Of a stretch of 64,000 nt of DNA, positions 21,400-30,392 are shown piece after piece. A model generated the notes under the pieces. The model saw only the letters and a list, made by a program, of their open reading frames with translations. It made no database searches and had not been told where the DNA came from. The stretch lies in the NCBI GenBank assembly GCA_963719315.1, contig CAVRBU010000013.1, positions 83,420 to 147,419 of the forward strand, in the 5' to 3' direction. How positions within the stretch are numbered: the stretch's first letter is position 1; each line of letters begins with the position of its first letter. The position numbers and the translations under genes are program-made. Source of the stretch: an uncultured Planctomycetota bacterium. Its GTDB lineage: Bacteria > Planctomycetota > Planctomycetia > Pirellulales > Lacipirellulaceae.

Positions 21400-22914
21400 T
21401 CAAGACACCACCCAAGTATCTTTGCTTCCGCCGCCTTGTGACGAATTCACGACTAGCGATCCCTTTTTTAGTGCCACCCGCGTCAATCCGCCGGGCAGCA
21501 CGTACACGTCTCGACCGTACACGATGAACGGCCGCAGATCGACGTGTCGGCCTTCTAATCCGGCCTCTGTCAGCACCGGCACACGCGACAGGCAGAGCGT
21601 TGGTTGCGCGATGTAATTTCGCGGGTCGGCCTTGATTTGCTCCGCACAGCGGGCGTGCTCCGCGGAGCTGCACCGCGGCCCAATCATCAGCCCGTAACCG
21701 CCGGATTCGTTGGCCGGCTTCACGACCAGCTTATCGATATTCGTCAGCACGTGCTGCCGTTGTTTGTCGTCCCAGCACACATACGTTGGCACGTTCGGGA
21801 TGATCGCGTCTTCTTTCAAATAGTATTGAATGATCTGCGGCACGTAGGCGTACATTACCTTGTCGTCGGCGATACCTGTGCCCGGAGCGTTGGCCAGTGC
21901 GATGCGACCCGCACGGTAGGCCTCCATCAGACCGGGCACGCCGAGCATCGAATCTTCCCGAAACGCGAGGGGGTCAAGAAAATCGTCATCGATGCGGCGA
22001 TACAACACGTCGATCCGCTCGAAGCCTTTGGTCGTTCGCATGTAGACGAAGCCGTCTGAAACCACGAGGTCGCGGCCTTCGACCAGGTCGATCCCCATCT
22101 GCTGAGCCAGGAATGAGTGTTCGAAATAGGCGGAGTTGTGCATGCCGGGCGACAACAGCGCCACCGAAGGGGACCGCGTTTGATCGCCCATCAGATATTG
22201 CAGCGCATCGAGCAACCGGCTGCAATAATCATCAACCGGCCGAATCGCCGACCGCTCGAAGAGTTGCGGAAACGTCTGCTTCATGAGCTGACGATTCTGC
22301 AGCACGTACGAAACACCCGAAGGGCACCGCAGGTTGTCTTCCAAAACGTAGTATTGGCCGTCCGTATCGCGCACGAGATCGGTTCCCGTGATGTGGCACC
22401 ACACACCCCGCGGCGGTTTCAGGCCGACGCATTGCTTCCGAAACCCCTTAGCGGTCGCCACCACCTGTTCCGGTAACTGACCGTCGCGGACGATCTTTTG
22501 ATCGTGGTACAGATCGTCGATCAGCATGTTGAGCGCGGTGATTCGCTGGCGCAAGCCGCGCTCCAACACTTGCCATTCGTCGCGACACACAATCCGCGGG
22601 ATGATATCAAACGGAATGATCCGCTCTTGCCCATGCCGGTCGCCATATACATTGAACGTGATGCCGAGCTGCACCATCGACCGGTCGGCCGCCCGCTGGC
22701 GACGCGTCAGGTCATCCGGCGGCATACTGCGGATGCGCTGAAAGAGGGGCCGGCAATCGGCCCGCGGCGCACCGTCGCCGTCAAACATTTCGTCGTAGAA
22801 TCCGTCGGAGTCGTACCCAGCAAACGACTGCGACTGGGTCGATCCCCCTTGACTCTGCGACTGGTTCCCTGCCTCACGCCGGTTGGCAGTCGCCACTGCT
22901 TGTTCAGCTGCCAT
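21400..22914 (-). CDS. Circularly permuted type 2 ATP-grasp protein
   Basis: YDEMF, GITFNVY, VLEDNLRCPSGVSY, YRRIDDDFLDP, HVDLRPF, VNSSQGGGSKDTWV. Confidence 0.95.
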   Translation of the reverse strand: MAAEQAVATANRREAGNQSQSQGGSTQSQSFAGYDSDGFYDEMFDGDGAPRADCRPLFQRIRSMPPDDLTRRQRAADRSMVQLGITFNVYGDRHGQERIIPFDIIPRIVCRDEWQVLERGLRQRITALNMLIDDLYHDQKIVRDGQLPEQVVATAKGFRKQCVGLKPPRGVWCHITGTDLVRDTDGQYYVLEDNLRCPSGVSYVLQNRQLMKQTFPQLFERSAIRPVDDYCSRLLDALQYLMGDQTRSPSVALLSPGMHNSAYFEHSFLAQQMGIDLVEGRDLVVSDGFVYMRTTKGFERIDVLYRRIDDDFLDPLAFREDSMLGVPGLMEAYRAGRIALANAPGTGIADDKVMYAYVPQIIQYYLKEDAIIPNVPTYVCWDDKQRQHVLTNIDKLVVKPANESGGYGLMIGPRCSSAEHARCAEQIKADPRNYIAQPTLCLSRVPVLTEAGLEGRHVDLRPFIVYGRDVYVLPGGLTRVALKKGSLVVNSSQGGGSKDTWVVS

Positions 22915-23226
22915 GAGACTGCCTTGGCCGAGAAAACCACGAAGGAAAAGCACAAACCGGAATTATGATAGCAAACCCCGCGCCGGGGCCATGCCAGCCC
23001 CGCAACCTTGGAGTGAATGGCGACGCACGCTGTTGACAGCAATAGACATACGTCGATTCTCCCACTTCCATCGGAGCTCCGTTCCAGACTTAATCGACCG
23101 TTACTTGCCTAATTATTAGGCAGGCGGACTCCTACGCCAGAGCGAAATCAAACGCTTTCTTGATGAGCGATTAAACTGATGGTTTTTTGATCAGAAGCGA
23201 GGCAGGAACTATGGTTATCCGTGCGT

Positions 23227-23347
23227 GTGGTGTCGTAATTTGCGGCACAACAAGCTTGTAGCACGGACTTCAGTCCGTGATTCTCGTCCGGACTGAAGTC
23301 CGTGCTACAAAGTTCCAGTCCGAATGGTGCCAAATCAGGGGCACCAC
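23227..23347. mobile_element. MITE/REPIN-like element, family M2, copy 1
   Basis: GTGGTGTCGTAATTTG...CAAATCAGGGGCACCAC around the inverted doublet GTAGCACGGACTTCAGTCCG. Confidence 0.8.
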
Positions 23348-23515
23348 CTCCCTGCGGCTGGTTTACGGCCTGATTCGCGGGCAGTTACACTGACATGATT
23401 GTCCCCAGCCCATCGAACCTACCCTTGGGAGCGGACTCCCGGCAAGTCCTTCATTGCCGAGGCAACGGCGAATCACTCTCGCCCACTGTTTCTTCCCAAC
23501 AAAGAGCGACCACCC

Positions 23516-24813
23516 ATGATGAGCGTCCCCCGTTTGGCAAGCTGCTTGTGCTGCTTACTCTGTTTGGAATTGCTGCACGGCCAATTCTCAACACCCTGTC
23601 GGGCCGACCTGTGGGGTTTAAGCACGCTCGCGAATGGAAGCGCCGCGCCAGGCACGGAAGCGAACTACAACAAAGTGTTTCGCTTCGATGAGCAAGGCAA
23701 CAAACTTGCCAACGATATCCCGGCCACAAGCGCCGGCTTATTGTTCCCGACTGGTATTGCGGTCTCGCCAAGCGGAAATATCTATGTGAGCAGTGCCGGA
23801 TCGGGCAGCATCCTATTCTATGACGGGCAGACCGGCAGTCCGCTGCCGTCGCCCCAGTCGGGCGGTTCGGCCGGCTTGTTTGCGTCGCTCGGGGGAGCTT
23901 CGCCCGCGCAGCTCGCGTTCGGCCCGGATGACAACTTGTATGTGTCGGAGTACTTTGGAACAACGGTTCGAGTCTACAATCCCACGACCGGCGCCCAGCT
24001 CCCGGATGCCGCAACCGGCCTTACGAGTGCGGGCGGCCTCACCTTCGCCGCTAACGGAGACTTGCTTGTCGGCGATGGGTTCGCGATGGCGGAAGGTCAG
24101 GTCGCCCAGATCGTCCGCGTGCACAACGGCGTGCAATCGACCTGGGGCGAGACCGGCATGGGCTCCTTTTTGCGCCGGCCGCGATGCTGACTCAAGCGAA
24201 CGGCGACGTACTGGTTGTCGATTTGCTGGCCAACTATGTCGCCCGAATCGATGACAATGGGATTGCGCAGGCTCCCTTCGCGTTCATCAACCCGCCTGTG
24301 GCGCCGCCGCAAACCAATTATCCATCGGATATCACGTTCGATCCCGACGGCAACATCGTTGTCTCCGTATTGGGTTTAACCAATCCACCGGATAACCGCG
24401 GAACGCTGTGGCGCTACGACTTGAACGGAAACATTATCGACCCGGACAACGACGAAATTCCGAACGAACCGATCGCATCCGATCTGGAGCCGATTGCAGG
24501 TATCGACTATACGCCGTCGCTGAAAACGTTAGCCGGCGATTTCAACGGCGACAACACGATCGGGTCAAACGACTATGCCAAATGGCGGGCCGATTTCGGC
24601 AAATTCGTCGCGCGCGGGAACGGCGCCGACGGTAATAATAATGGCGTGATTGATAGCGCCGACTACGTCGTCTGGCGAAACGCTTTAACGCTGGGCATAG
24701 GGTCCGCTTTGGCCGTCCCCGAACCGAGCACGTTGGCCCTGATATTCGGTTGTTTGGTCGCGACCGAGGCTGCCCGTCGGCGGCGCTTATTTTCAATCAA
24801 AGTGACGAAGTGA
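23516..24813 (+). CDS. PEP-CTERM protein with NHL/beta-propeller repeats; frameshift near 24175
   Basis: PTGIAVSPSGNIYV, LAFGPDDNLYV, GDFNGDN..DYAKWR, VPEPSTLAL tail. Confidence 0.82.
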
Positions 24814-24830
24814 GGCAAGGAACAGTTCAC

Positions 24831-25832
24831 ATGGTCGGCCGGTCGCGATTCGTGGCGGCTTTTTCGCTCGTCGAGCTACTGGTGGTGATCGCGATTATCG
24901 GCGCATTGGTCGCACTGTTGATCCCGGCGATCCAGGCCAGCCGCGGGACCGCCGGCCGGGCTTCGTGCGCCAATAATCTCCGCCAGATAGGGCTCGCCGC
25001 GCAAAGCCACGTTTCGGTGCGAGGCCATTTCCCTAGTGGCTCCGTCGCGAAGGAGTTCGCTGCCCAACCGTTTACGGCATGGACCCTCTACCGCTGGTCG
25101 GCACTCGCCCAGCTCTTGCCTTACCTTGAAAACAGCGCGGCATACGGCGCGCTCGACCGGACGGTGCCTCTCTACGGCGCCGATTTCAAGGTGCGCAAGG
25201 AAAACGTGGAGAGCGTCAAGCTCTTGATTGCGGAGTTCCTCTGCCCGGCCGACATCAACCGCCCCGTCTCGCTCGATTTCGGTCCCACGAACTACGCCAT
25301 GAACGCCGGCTCCGGCCTCGGCGGCGGCACGCCCCGCGACACCGACGGCGTCTGCTACATGAACTCGCAAGTCACGCCGGCCAAGATTACCGACGGCCTG
25401 AGCAAGACGGCGCTCGCTTCCGAAAGCTTGCTCGGCCAGCCGCAGCAGGGCACGTTTCACGATCCACAAACCGAATACAAATTCGCCTTCGCCTCGCCGC
25501 TCAACGACACGATTTGCAGCGGCGCCAATCAATGGAACATGAGCGACCCCCGCGGCTTCGCCTGGGTCAACGGCGAGTTCCGTTGCGCGCTCTACAACCA
25601 CTATTATGTGCCGAATAGCGCGACGCCCGATTGCATGGGCGTGCAACTCGGCGGCGGTGTGAAATTGCAGTTCTCACCCTATGGCTGGCGCGCCGCTCGC
25701 AGCGCCCACTCCGGCGGCGTGAATGTGGCGTTCGCCGATGGCTCGCTGCAATTCATTGCCGATGTGGTCGACCTCGATATCTGGCGGGCCCTGTCGACGA
25801 TTGCCGGCGGGGAAACAGCAACGGCACCGTGA
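24831..25832 (+). CDS. DUF1559 prepilin-type N-terminal cleavage protein
   Basis: AFSLVELLVVIAIIGALVALLIPA, CANNLRQIGLA, SAHSGGVNVAFADGS. Confidence 0.95.
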   Translation: MVGRSRFVAAFSLVELLVVIAIIGALVALLIPAIQASRGTAGRASCANNLRQIGLAAQSHVSVRGHFPSGSVAKEFAAQPFTAWTLYRWSALAQLLPYLENSAAYGALDRTVPLYGADFKVRKENVESVKLLIAEFLCPADINRPVSLDFGPTNYAMNAGSGLGGGTPRDTDGVCYMNSQVTPAKITDGLSKTALASESLLGQPQQGTFHDPQTEYKFAFASPLNDTICSGANQWNMSDPRGFAWVNGEFRCALYNHYYVPNSATPDCMGVQLGGGVKLQFSPYGWRAARSAHSGGVNVAFADGSLQFIADVVDLDIWRALSTIAGGETATAP

Positions 25833-25851
25833 ATGCACGCCCAGTTCGGCG

Positions 25852-26085
25852 TCAGATATACGCGACTTTTTGCGGTGCGTTTGGAATACCCTGCGGCAAA
25901 AAGATGCTATAAGATTCCGTCTCGTCGTCTACGGTTATTAGAAGTTCGGCATGGGAAGGCGGGACGAACTCGCATGTATCTCGCACCGTAACATTCTTAG
26001 GACCGACATGCGAAAGCGTCAGGTCTCGGCCGCCGACTTTCAGCGCTAGCGCAACCTTGGGAGAATACCTGGATTGCGCGATCAT
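25852..26085 (-). CDS. Small hypothetical protein
   Basis: 77-aa ORF (YSPKVALALKVG...LLITVDD...FLPQGI); start overlaps the divergent gene. Confidence 0.55.
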   Translation of the reverse strand: MIAQSRYSPKVALALKVGGRDLTLSHVGPKNVTVRDTCEFVPPSHAELLITVDDETESYSIFLPQGIPNAPQKVAYI

Positions 26086-26581
26086 GTCCTACCACCTTTC
26101 TCACCTGACGCGTGCTCAGTCCTACGCCGATGCTAACAGAATCCGATTAAATCGTGAAGACCCGTTCGGCTACGGCATGGACGGCACGATCTGGCGCACA
26201 TCGCGTCATTCGGTCGTCACAGCGTTTGAACATGAGAAGAACTTTCGCGACGAGCTCGAGAGTTATCGCCGTTTCGAGGAATTCGCGGTTGAATCAATAT
26301 TGGGATTCGCCGTGCCGGAATTAATTGGGTACCACGATCGGCTCCACGTGCTAGAAATGACGATCGTCTCGCCGCCGTTTCTGCTCGACTTCGGCAAGGT
26401 GTATTTAGACGCGCCGCCGCCATATTGGGATGACGCCGAAATCATGGGCCACTTGCGCGCCGAGGGCAAAGATAACTTCGGACCTCGGTGGAACAAAGTT
26501 TTGTCGGTCGTGAATGCCCTGCAAAAGTACGGCATTTACTATGTCGATCCGAAGCCGGGAAATATCATGTTTGGCGACTGA
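26084..26581 (+). CDS. Minimal protein-kinase-like hypothetical protein
   Basis: FGYGMDGTIW, VPELIGY, LLDFGK, YYVDPKPGNI. Confidence 0.6.
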   Translation: MSYHLSHLTRAQSYADANRIRLNREDPFGYGMDGTIWRTSRHSVVTAFEHEKNFRDELESYRRFEEFAVESILGFAVPELIGYHDRLHVLEMTIVSPPFLLDFGKVYLDAPPPYWDDAEIMGHLRAEGKDNFGPRWNKVLSVVNALQKYGIYYVDPKPGNIMFGD

Positions 26582-26598
26582 TCGGTGCGCTCATGCGT

Positions 26599-26722
26599 CG
26601 GCGGTGTCCTAATTTGCGGCTCAAAAACCTTGTAGCACGGACTTCAGTCCGTGATTCTCGTACGGACTGAAGTCCGTGCTACGAAGTTCCGGTCCGAACG
26701 GCGCCAAATTAGGACACCACCG
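26599..26722. mobile_element. MITE/REPIN-like element, family M2, copy 2
   Basis: CGGCGGTGTCCTAATTTG ... CAAATTAGGACACCACCG with the same GTAG doublet. Confidence 0.8.
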
Positions 26723-26771
26723 GAAGTTTGACGATCTGTTTAACGAAGTGTCGGCGCGATATCTTTAGGGC

Positions 26772-27284
26772 ATGGAAGCCAAGTCGCCTTTACGTTTCCG
26801 CAAGCTGCGAATCGCGTGGTCGGTGGCGTGGGGTCTCGCGTGCGTGCTGTTGATTGTGTTGTGGGTGCGAAGTTACATGCAGTGGGATCGCATCGTAATT
26901 CGTCTATGCGGCAAACATGGCGTTCAAATCAGTCATGTGGCAGGTCAATCACGATTGACTGTCTTCAAAGTGCATCGGCAAAGTTTTTGGCAGGCTTTTT
27001 GGCAACCGGACGATACGCGGTATTGGTACGAAAAGAAGTCCGTTGAGGAATGGAGAATGACTTCCTATCCGGGAAACATCAGTACGAGCCCCAGTTTCCT
27101 CATAGCACAGGTCCCAGCCGGTTGGGGTTGGACTCTAAGGTCGCCTTATTGGTTCATCGTGTCGTTGGTGAGTATGTTAGCAATTGCGCCGTGGATACGC
27201 TGGCGTTTTACCCTCCGCACTCTTCTAATCGCTACGACGCTAATCTCGGTGGGGCTTGGAACCATCGTCCTGCTAAGCCGGTAG
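26772..27284 (+). CDS. Planctomycete-type membrane protein (RFTLRTLLIATTL motif)
   Basis: LRIAWSVAWG..LWVRSY N-terminus; C-terminal RFTLRTLLIATTL. Confidence 0.75.
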   Translation: MEAKSPLRFRKLRIAWSVAWGLACVLLIVLWVRSYMQWDRIVIRLCGKHGVQISHVAGQSRLTVFKVHRQSFWQAFWQPDDTRYWYEKKSVEEWRMTSYPGNISTSPSFLIAQVPAGWGWTLRSPYWFIVSLVSMLAIAPWIRWRFTLRTLLIATTLISVGLGTIVLLSR

Positions 27285-27288
27285 AACT

Positions 27289-27752
27289 ATGCAAAAGTTC
27301 CTAAGTTACCTACGAATCACGTGGTCGCTATGGTGGGGACTACTCGCCTTGTTGCTGATTGTGTTGTGCGTGAGGAGTTACTGGGTATCCGATATTGTTG
27401 TGCTGACTACGCCCACTTGCGATGCCAAAGCAGATTCCGCCAGCGGTGGAACAAACATCTCGGTCTTCGTAGATTCCGAAAGAGAAGTGGCCACTGAATG
27501 GATTCGAAAGAGCTACGGACACAACGCGGAGATGCAGCCACCTAACGCTTTCTGGGAATTCGGAATTCGGAATTCGGAATTCACGCCACACGCCACGGAC
27601 TAGATGTATCGCTGCCACACTGGTTCTACATATTGTTAACGAGTCTCATTGCTACTGCCGTATGGATTAAACGTTTCAGCCTCCGCACACTGCTAATCGC
27701 CACGACGCTGGTTGCGGTGGCGCTGGGTATGATCGTGTGGGCCAGCCGGTGA
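27289..27752 (+). pseudogene. Paralogous membrane protein, out of frame at a (GGAATTC)x4 tract
   Basis: N-terminus LRITWSLWWG..VRSY; downstream frame LPHWF...RFSLRTLLIATTLVAVALG; tract 27555-27582. Confidence 0.75.
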
Positions 27753-27893
27753 CCGAACAAGCGTCATTTTTCTGGCGGGTCAAACTGTACCGCTACCCAT
27801 ACTTCCTTGCACTTGACGAGGCCGAGTGTCTCATCGTAGGCTGGTGGATTCTCGAAATGACGATAGATTTCAGATTGCTCGACAGGTGTCTCC

Positions 27894-28070
27894 ATGGCCG
27901 TACCCAAACGCAAACAATCGAACTCGCGAACTGGCATGCGTCGCTCGCACCACGGGTTGACCGCCAAGCAACTGCAGGCCTGCCCGAAGTGTGGCACGAT
28001 GAAGCCGTCGCATGTGATTTGCCCGAATTGTGGCCAATACGCGGGCCGTGCGATTGTCGAAACGGAGTGA
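27894..28070 (+). CDS. rpmF: 50S ribosomal protein L32, zinc-ribbon form (absent from the ORF track, 58 aa)
   Basis: MAVPKRKQSNSRTGMRRSHHGLTAKQLQACPKCGTMKPSHVICPNCGQYAGRAIVETE; upstream of fabD. Confidence 0.96.
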   Translation: MAVPKRKQSNSRTGMRRSHHGLTAKQLQACPKCGTMKPSHVICPNCGQYAGRAIVETE

Positions 28071-28260
28071 AGGCCCGAAAGGCCGTAGTGTGATAAGCCC
28101 AGGGGCGCAGCCCTGGGATGACGCCACGCCGAAAAGTGAAGCCCTGAAAGGGCGGGATAGAACGTCCAGATATCCGGCCCTTACAGGGCTCCATCGATTT
28201 TTGTGGACCGTGTTCCCAGGGCTTCGCCCTGGGCTATCGTATTTGTGCCCTTCGGGCCCT
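28071..28260. repeat. Multi-hairpin REP/BIME-like inverted repeat
   Basis: GGCCCGAAAGG / CCCTTCGGGCC outer arms; AGCCCAGGG..CCCTGGG pairs; GCCCTGAAAGGGC. Confidence 0.7.
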
Positions 28261-28268
28261 TTCAGATC

Positions 28269-29192
28269 ATGTCCACCGATTCGGCGAAGGTCGCGTTTCT
28301 CTTCCCGGGCCAGGGCGCTCAATCCGTCGGAATGGGCGCCACGGTGTGCGCGAAAGTCCCCGCGGCCAAGGCGCTATTTGATCGTGCGGCGGCTGTGCTC
28401 GGTTACGACTTGTATGAGTTGTGTACCGAAGGACCGGCGGCCGAATTGGATTCGACCGTGTACAGCCAGCCGGCGCTGTATGTTGCGAGTCTCGCGGCAC
28501 TCGAACAATTGAAGCAAGACGCGCCCGAATTGGTCAGCGGCTGCGCTGCGGCGGCGGGGTTGAGCTTGGGCGAGTACACGGCGCTGGTGTTCGCCGGCGT
28601 AATGGATTTCGAACCCGGCCTGCGCGTCGTGCAGGAGCGCGGCCGCGCGATGCAGGATGCGGCCGACGCCGCGTCCAGCGGCATGGTAAGTATCTTGGGC
28701 ATGGAACGCGAGCAAATTGACTCGCTTTCTTCCGAAGCGCGCGGCGGCGAAGTTTTGGAAGTGGCCAACCTGCTGTGCCCCGGCAACATCGTCGTCTCCG
28801 GTCATACGCCGGCGTGCGAACGCATCGCCGACTTGGCCACGGCGGCGGGCGCGATGAAGGTGATCCCCCTGGCGGTGGCTGGCGCTTTTCATACGTCGCT
28901 GATGCAATCGGCCGTCGAACGGCTACGCAAAGCGCTGGCCGACGTGCCGATGAAGAAGCCGCGAATTCCGGTAGTTTCCAACGTGGATGCCCGACCGCAC
29001 GACGACCCCGACGAAATCCGCGAACTCCTGATCCGGCAAGTCTGTTCGCAAGTCCGGTGGGAAGACTCGATGCGTTACTTGCTTGAAGAGCAGCAAATCA
29101 CCCAATTTTACGAACTCGGCCCCGGCCGCGTGTTGTGCGGCTTGCTGAAACGTATCGCCCGCAAAGTGCCGTGCGAAAACATCGCGGCGTAA
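28269..29192 (+). CDS. fabD: Malonyl-CoA:ACP transacylase
   Basis: FLFPGQGAQ, SQPALY, GLSLGEY, VAGAFH, ELGPGRVL. Confidence 0.96.
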   Translation: MSTDSAKVAFLFPGQGAQSVGMGATVCAKVPAAKALFDRAAAVLGYDLYELCTEGPAAELDSTVYSQPALYVASLAALEQLKQDAPELVSGCAAAAGLSLGEYTALVFAGVMDFEPGLRVVQERGRAMQDAADAASSGMVSILGMEREQIDSLSSEARGGEVLEVANLLCPGNIVVSGHTPACERIADLATAAGAMKVIPLAVAGAFHTSLMQSAVERLRKALADVPMKKPRIPVVSNVDARPHDDPDEIRELLIRQVCSQVRWEDSMRYLLEEQQITQFYELGPGRVLCGLLKRIARKVPCENIAA

Positions 29193-29221
29193 GCATCCTT
29201 ACCCCCTACAAAGACTTTATG

Positions 29222-29378
29222 AACCACGGAGGCACGGAGAACACGAAGACGACAAGGCAGATTTGTCATTGCAAATTTGTCATTTGTCATTGGCCATTTC
29301 TGAAATGACCAATTTCAAATTACAAATTACCAATGACAAATTTCTTCTTAACTTTGTGTCCTCCGTGCCTCCGTGGTT
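29222..29378. repeat. Nested inverted repeat with heptamer-like core
   Basis: AACCACGGAGGCACGGAG / CTCCGTGCCTCCGTGGTT enclosing ATTTGTC-type repeats and their complement. Confidence 0.75.
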
Positions 29379-29403
29379 AATTCCTATGTCCGGAAGCACC
29401 AAA

Positions 29404-30174
29404 ATGGCAGATGAAAAGAACCGGCGGATACAAGTTGATTTGAGTGATAAGACGGCGATCGTCACGGGCGCCTCACGCGGGATCGGCAAAGCAATCGCGT
29501 TGCGGCTGGCGGCGGCCGGCGCTAAGGTGGCTTGTGTTGCGCGGAGTGCCGACAAGCTTAAAGAAGTCGCTGATGCAATCGCGGCGGCCGGCGGCGCGGC
29601 TGAGGTGCATCCGTGCGATGTAACGAACAGCGCGGCAGTGACCAAGTTGGTTGAAGACCTCGCTGAGAAATGGGGCGGCATTGATATCGTCGTCAACAAT
29701 GCCGGTATCACCAAGGATACGCTCATCCCACGCATGGATGATGAGCAGTGGGACGCGGTGATTGCGACTAACCTGCGGAGCGTGTTCCTGTTCGTGCGGG
29801 CGGCGTCGCTCGTGATGATGCGGAAGCGATCCGGCCGGATCATCAATATTTCGAGCGTCTCGGGCCTGATGGGCAACCCGGGGCAGGCGAACTATTCGGC
29901 GTCGAAAGCCGGCGTTATCGGTCTGACGCGCACGGTGGCACAAGAGTTGGCCAGCCGGAAAGTGACGGTGAACGCCATTTGCCCGGGGTTCATCGCCAGT
30001 GAAATGACGGCGGCCATGGGGGCGGCGCTCGACGAGTTCGTCAAAACACGGATTCCGGCCAAACGGCTGGGCGAGGCCGACGAAGTGGCGGATGCCGTGC
30101 TGTACCTGGCAAGCGATTCGGCGGCCTATATCACGGGTGAAGTGATCACGATTGACGGCGGTTTGACGCCGTAG
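29404..30174 (+). CDS. fabG: 3-oxoacyl-ACP reductase
   Basis: TGASRGIG, NNAGITKD, GNPGQANYSASKAG; follows fabD. Confidence 0.95.
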   Translation: MADEKNRRIQVDLSDKTAIVTGASRGIGKAIALRLAAAGAKVACVARSADKLKEVADAIAAAGGAAEVHPCDVTNSAAVTKLVEDLAEKWGGIDIVVNNAGITKDTLIPRMDDEQWDAVIATNLRSVFLFVRAASLVMMRKRSGRIINISSVSGLMGNPGQANYSASKAGVIGLTRTVAQELASRKVTVNAICPGFIASEMTAAMGAALDEFVKTRIPAKRLGEADEVADAVLYLASDSAAYITGEVITIDGGLTP

Positions 30175-30392
30175 AAGCGGGAAGCAGGGTGCTTGGAGTA
30201 AGAAATTTCGGTTGTCCGAAGCCTTACTCCCCTGCTACTCGGCACGCTAGCACTGCTCGGCTTCAGCTTTCGCTCTTAAGCTTTGTTTGATACACTGCCG
30301 AGCCGCTAATAATTGGGTTTCAAGAAGAAACCGTTACGCCGTCTTACGGCACCGGTCGGCCCAACGCCGACCGCGCGACAAGGAGGTCGCAC

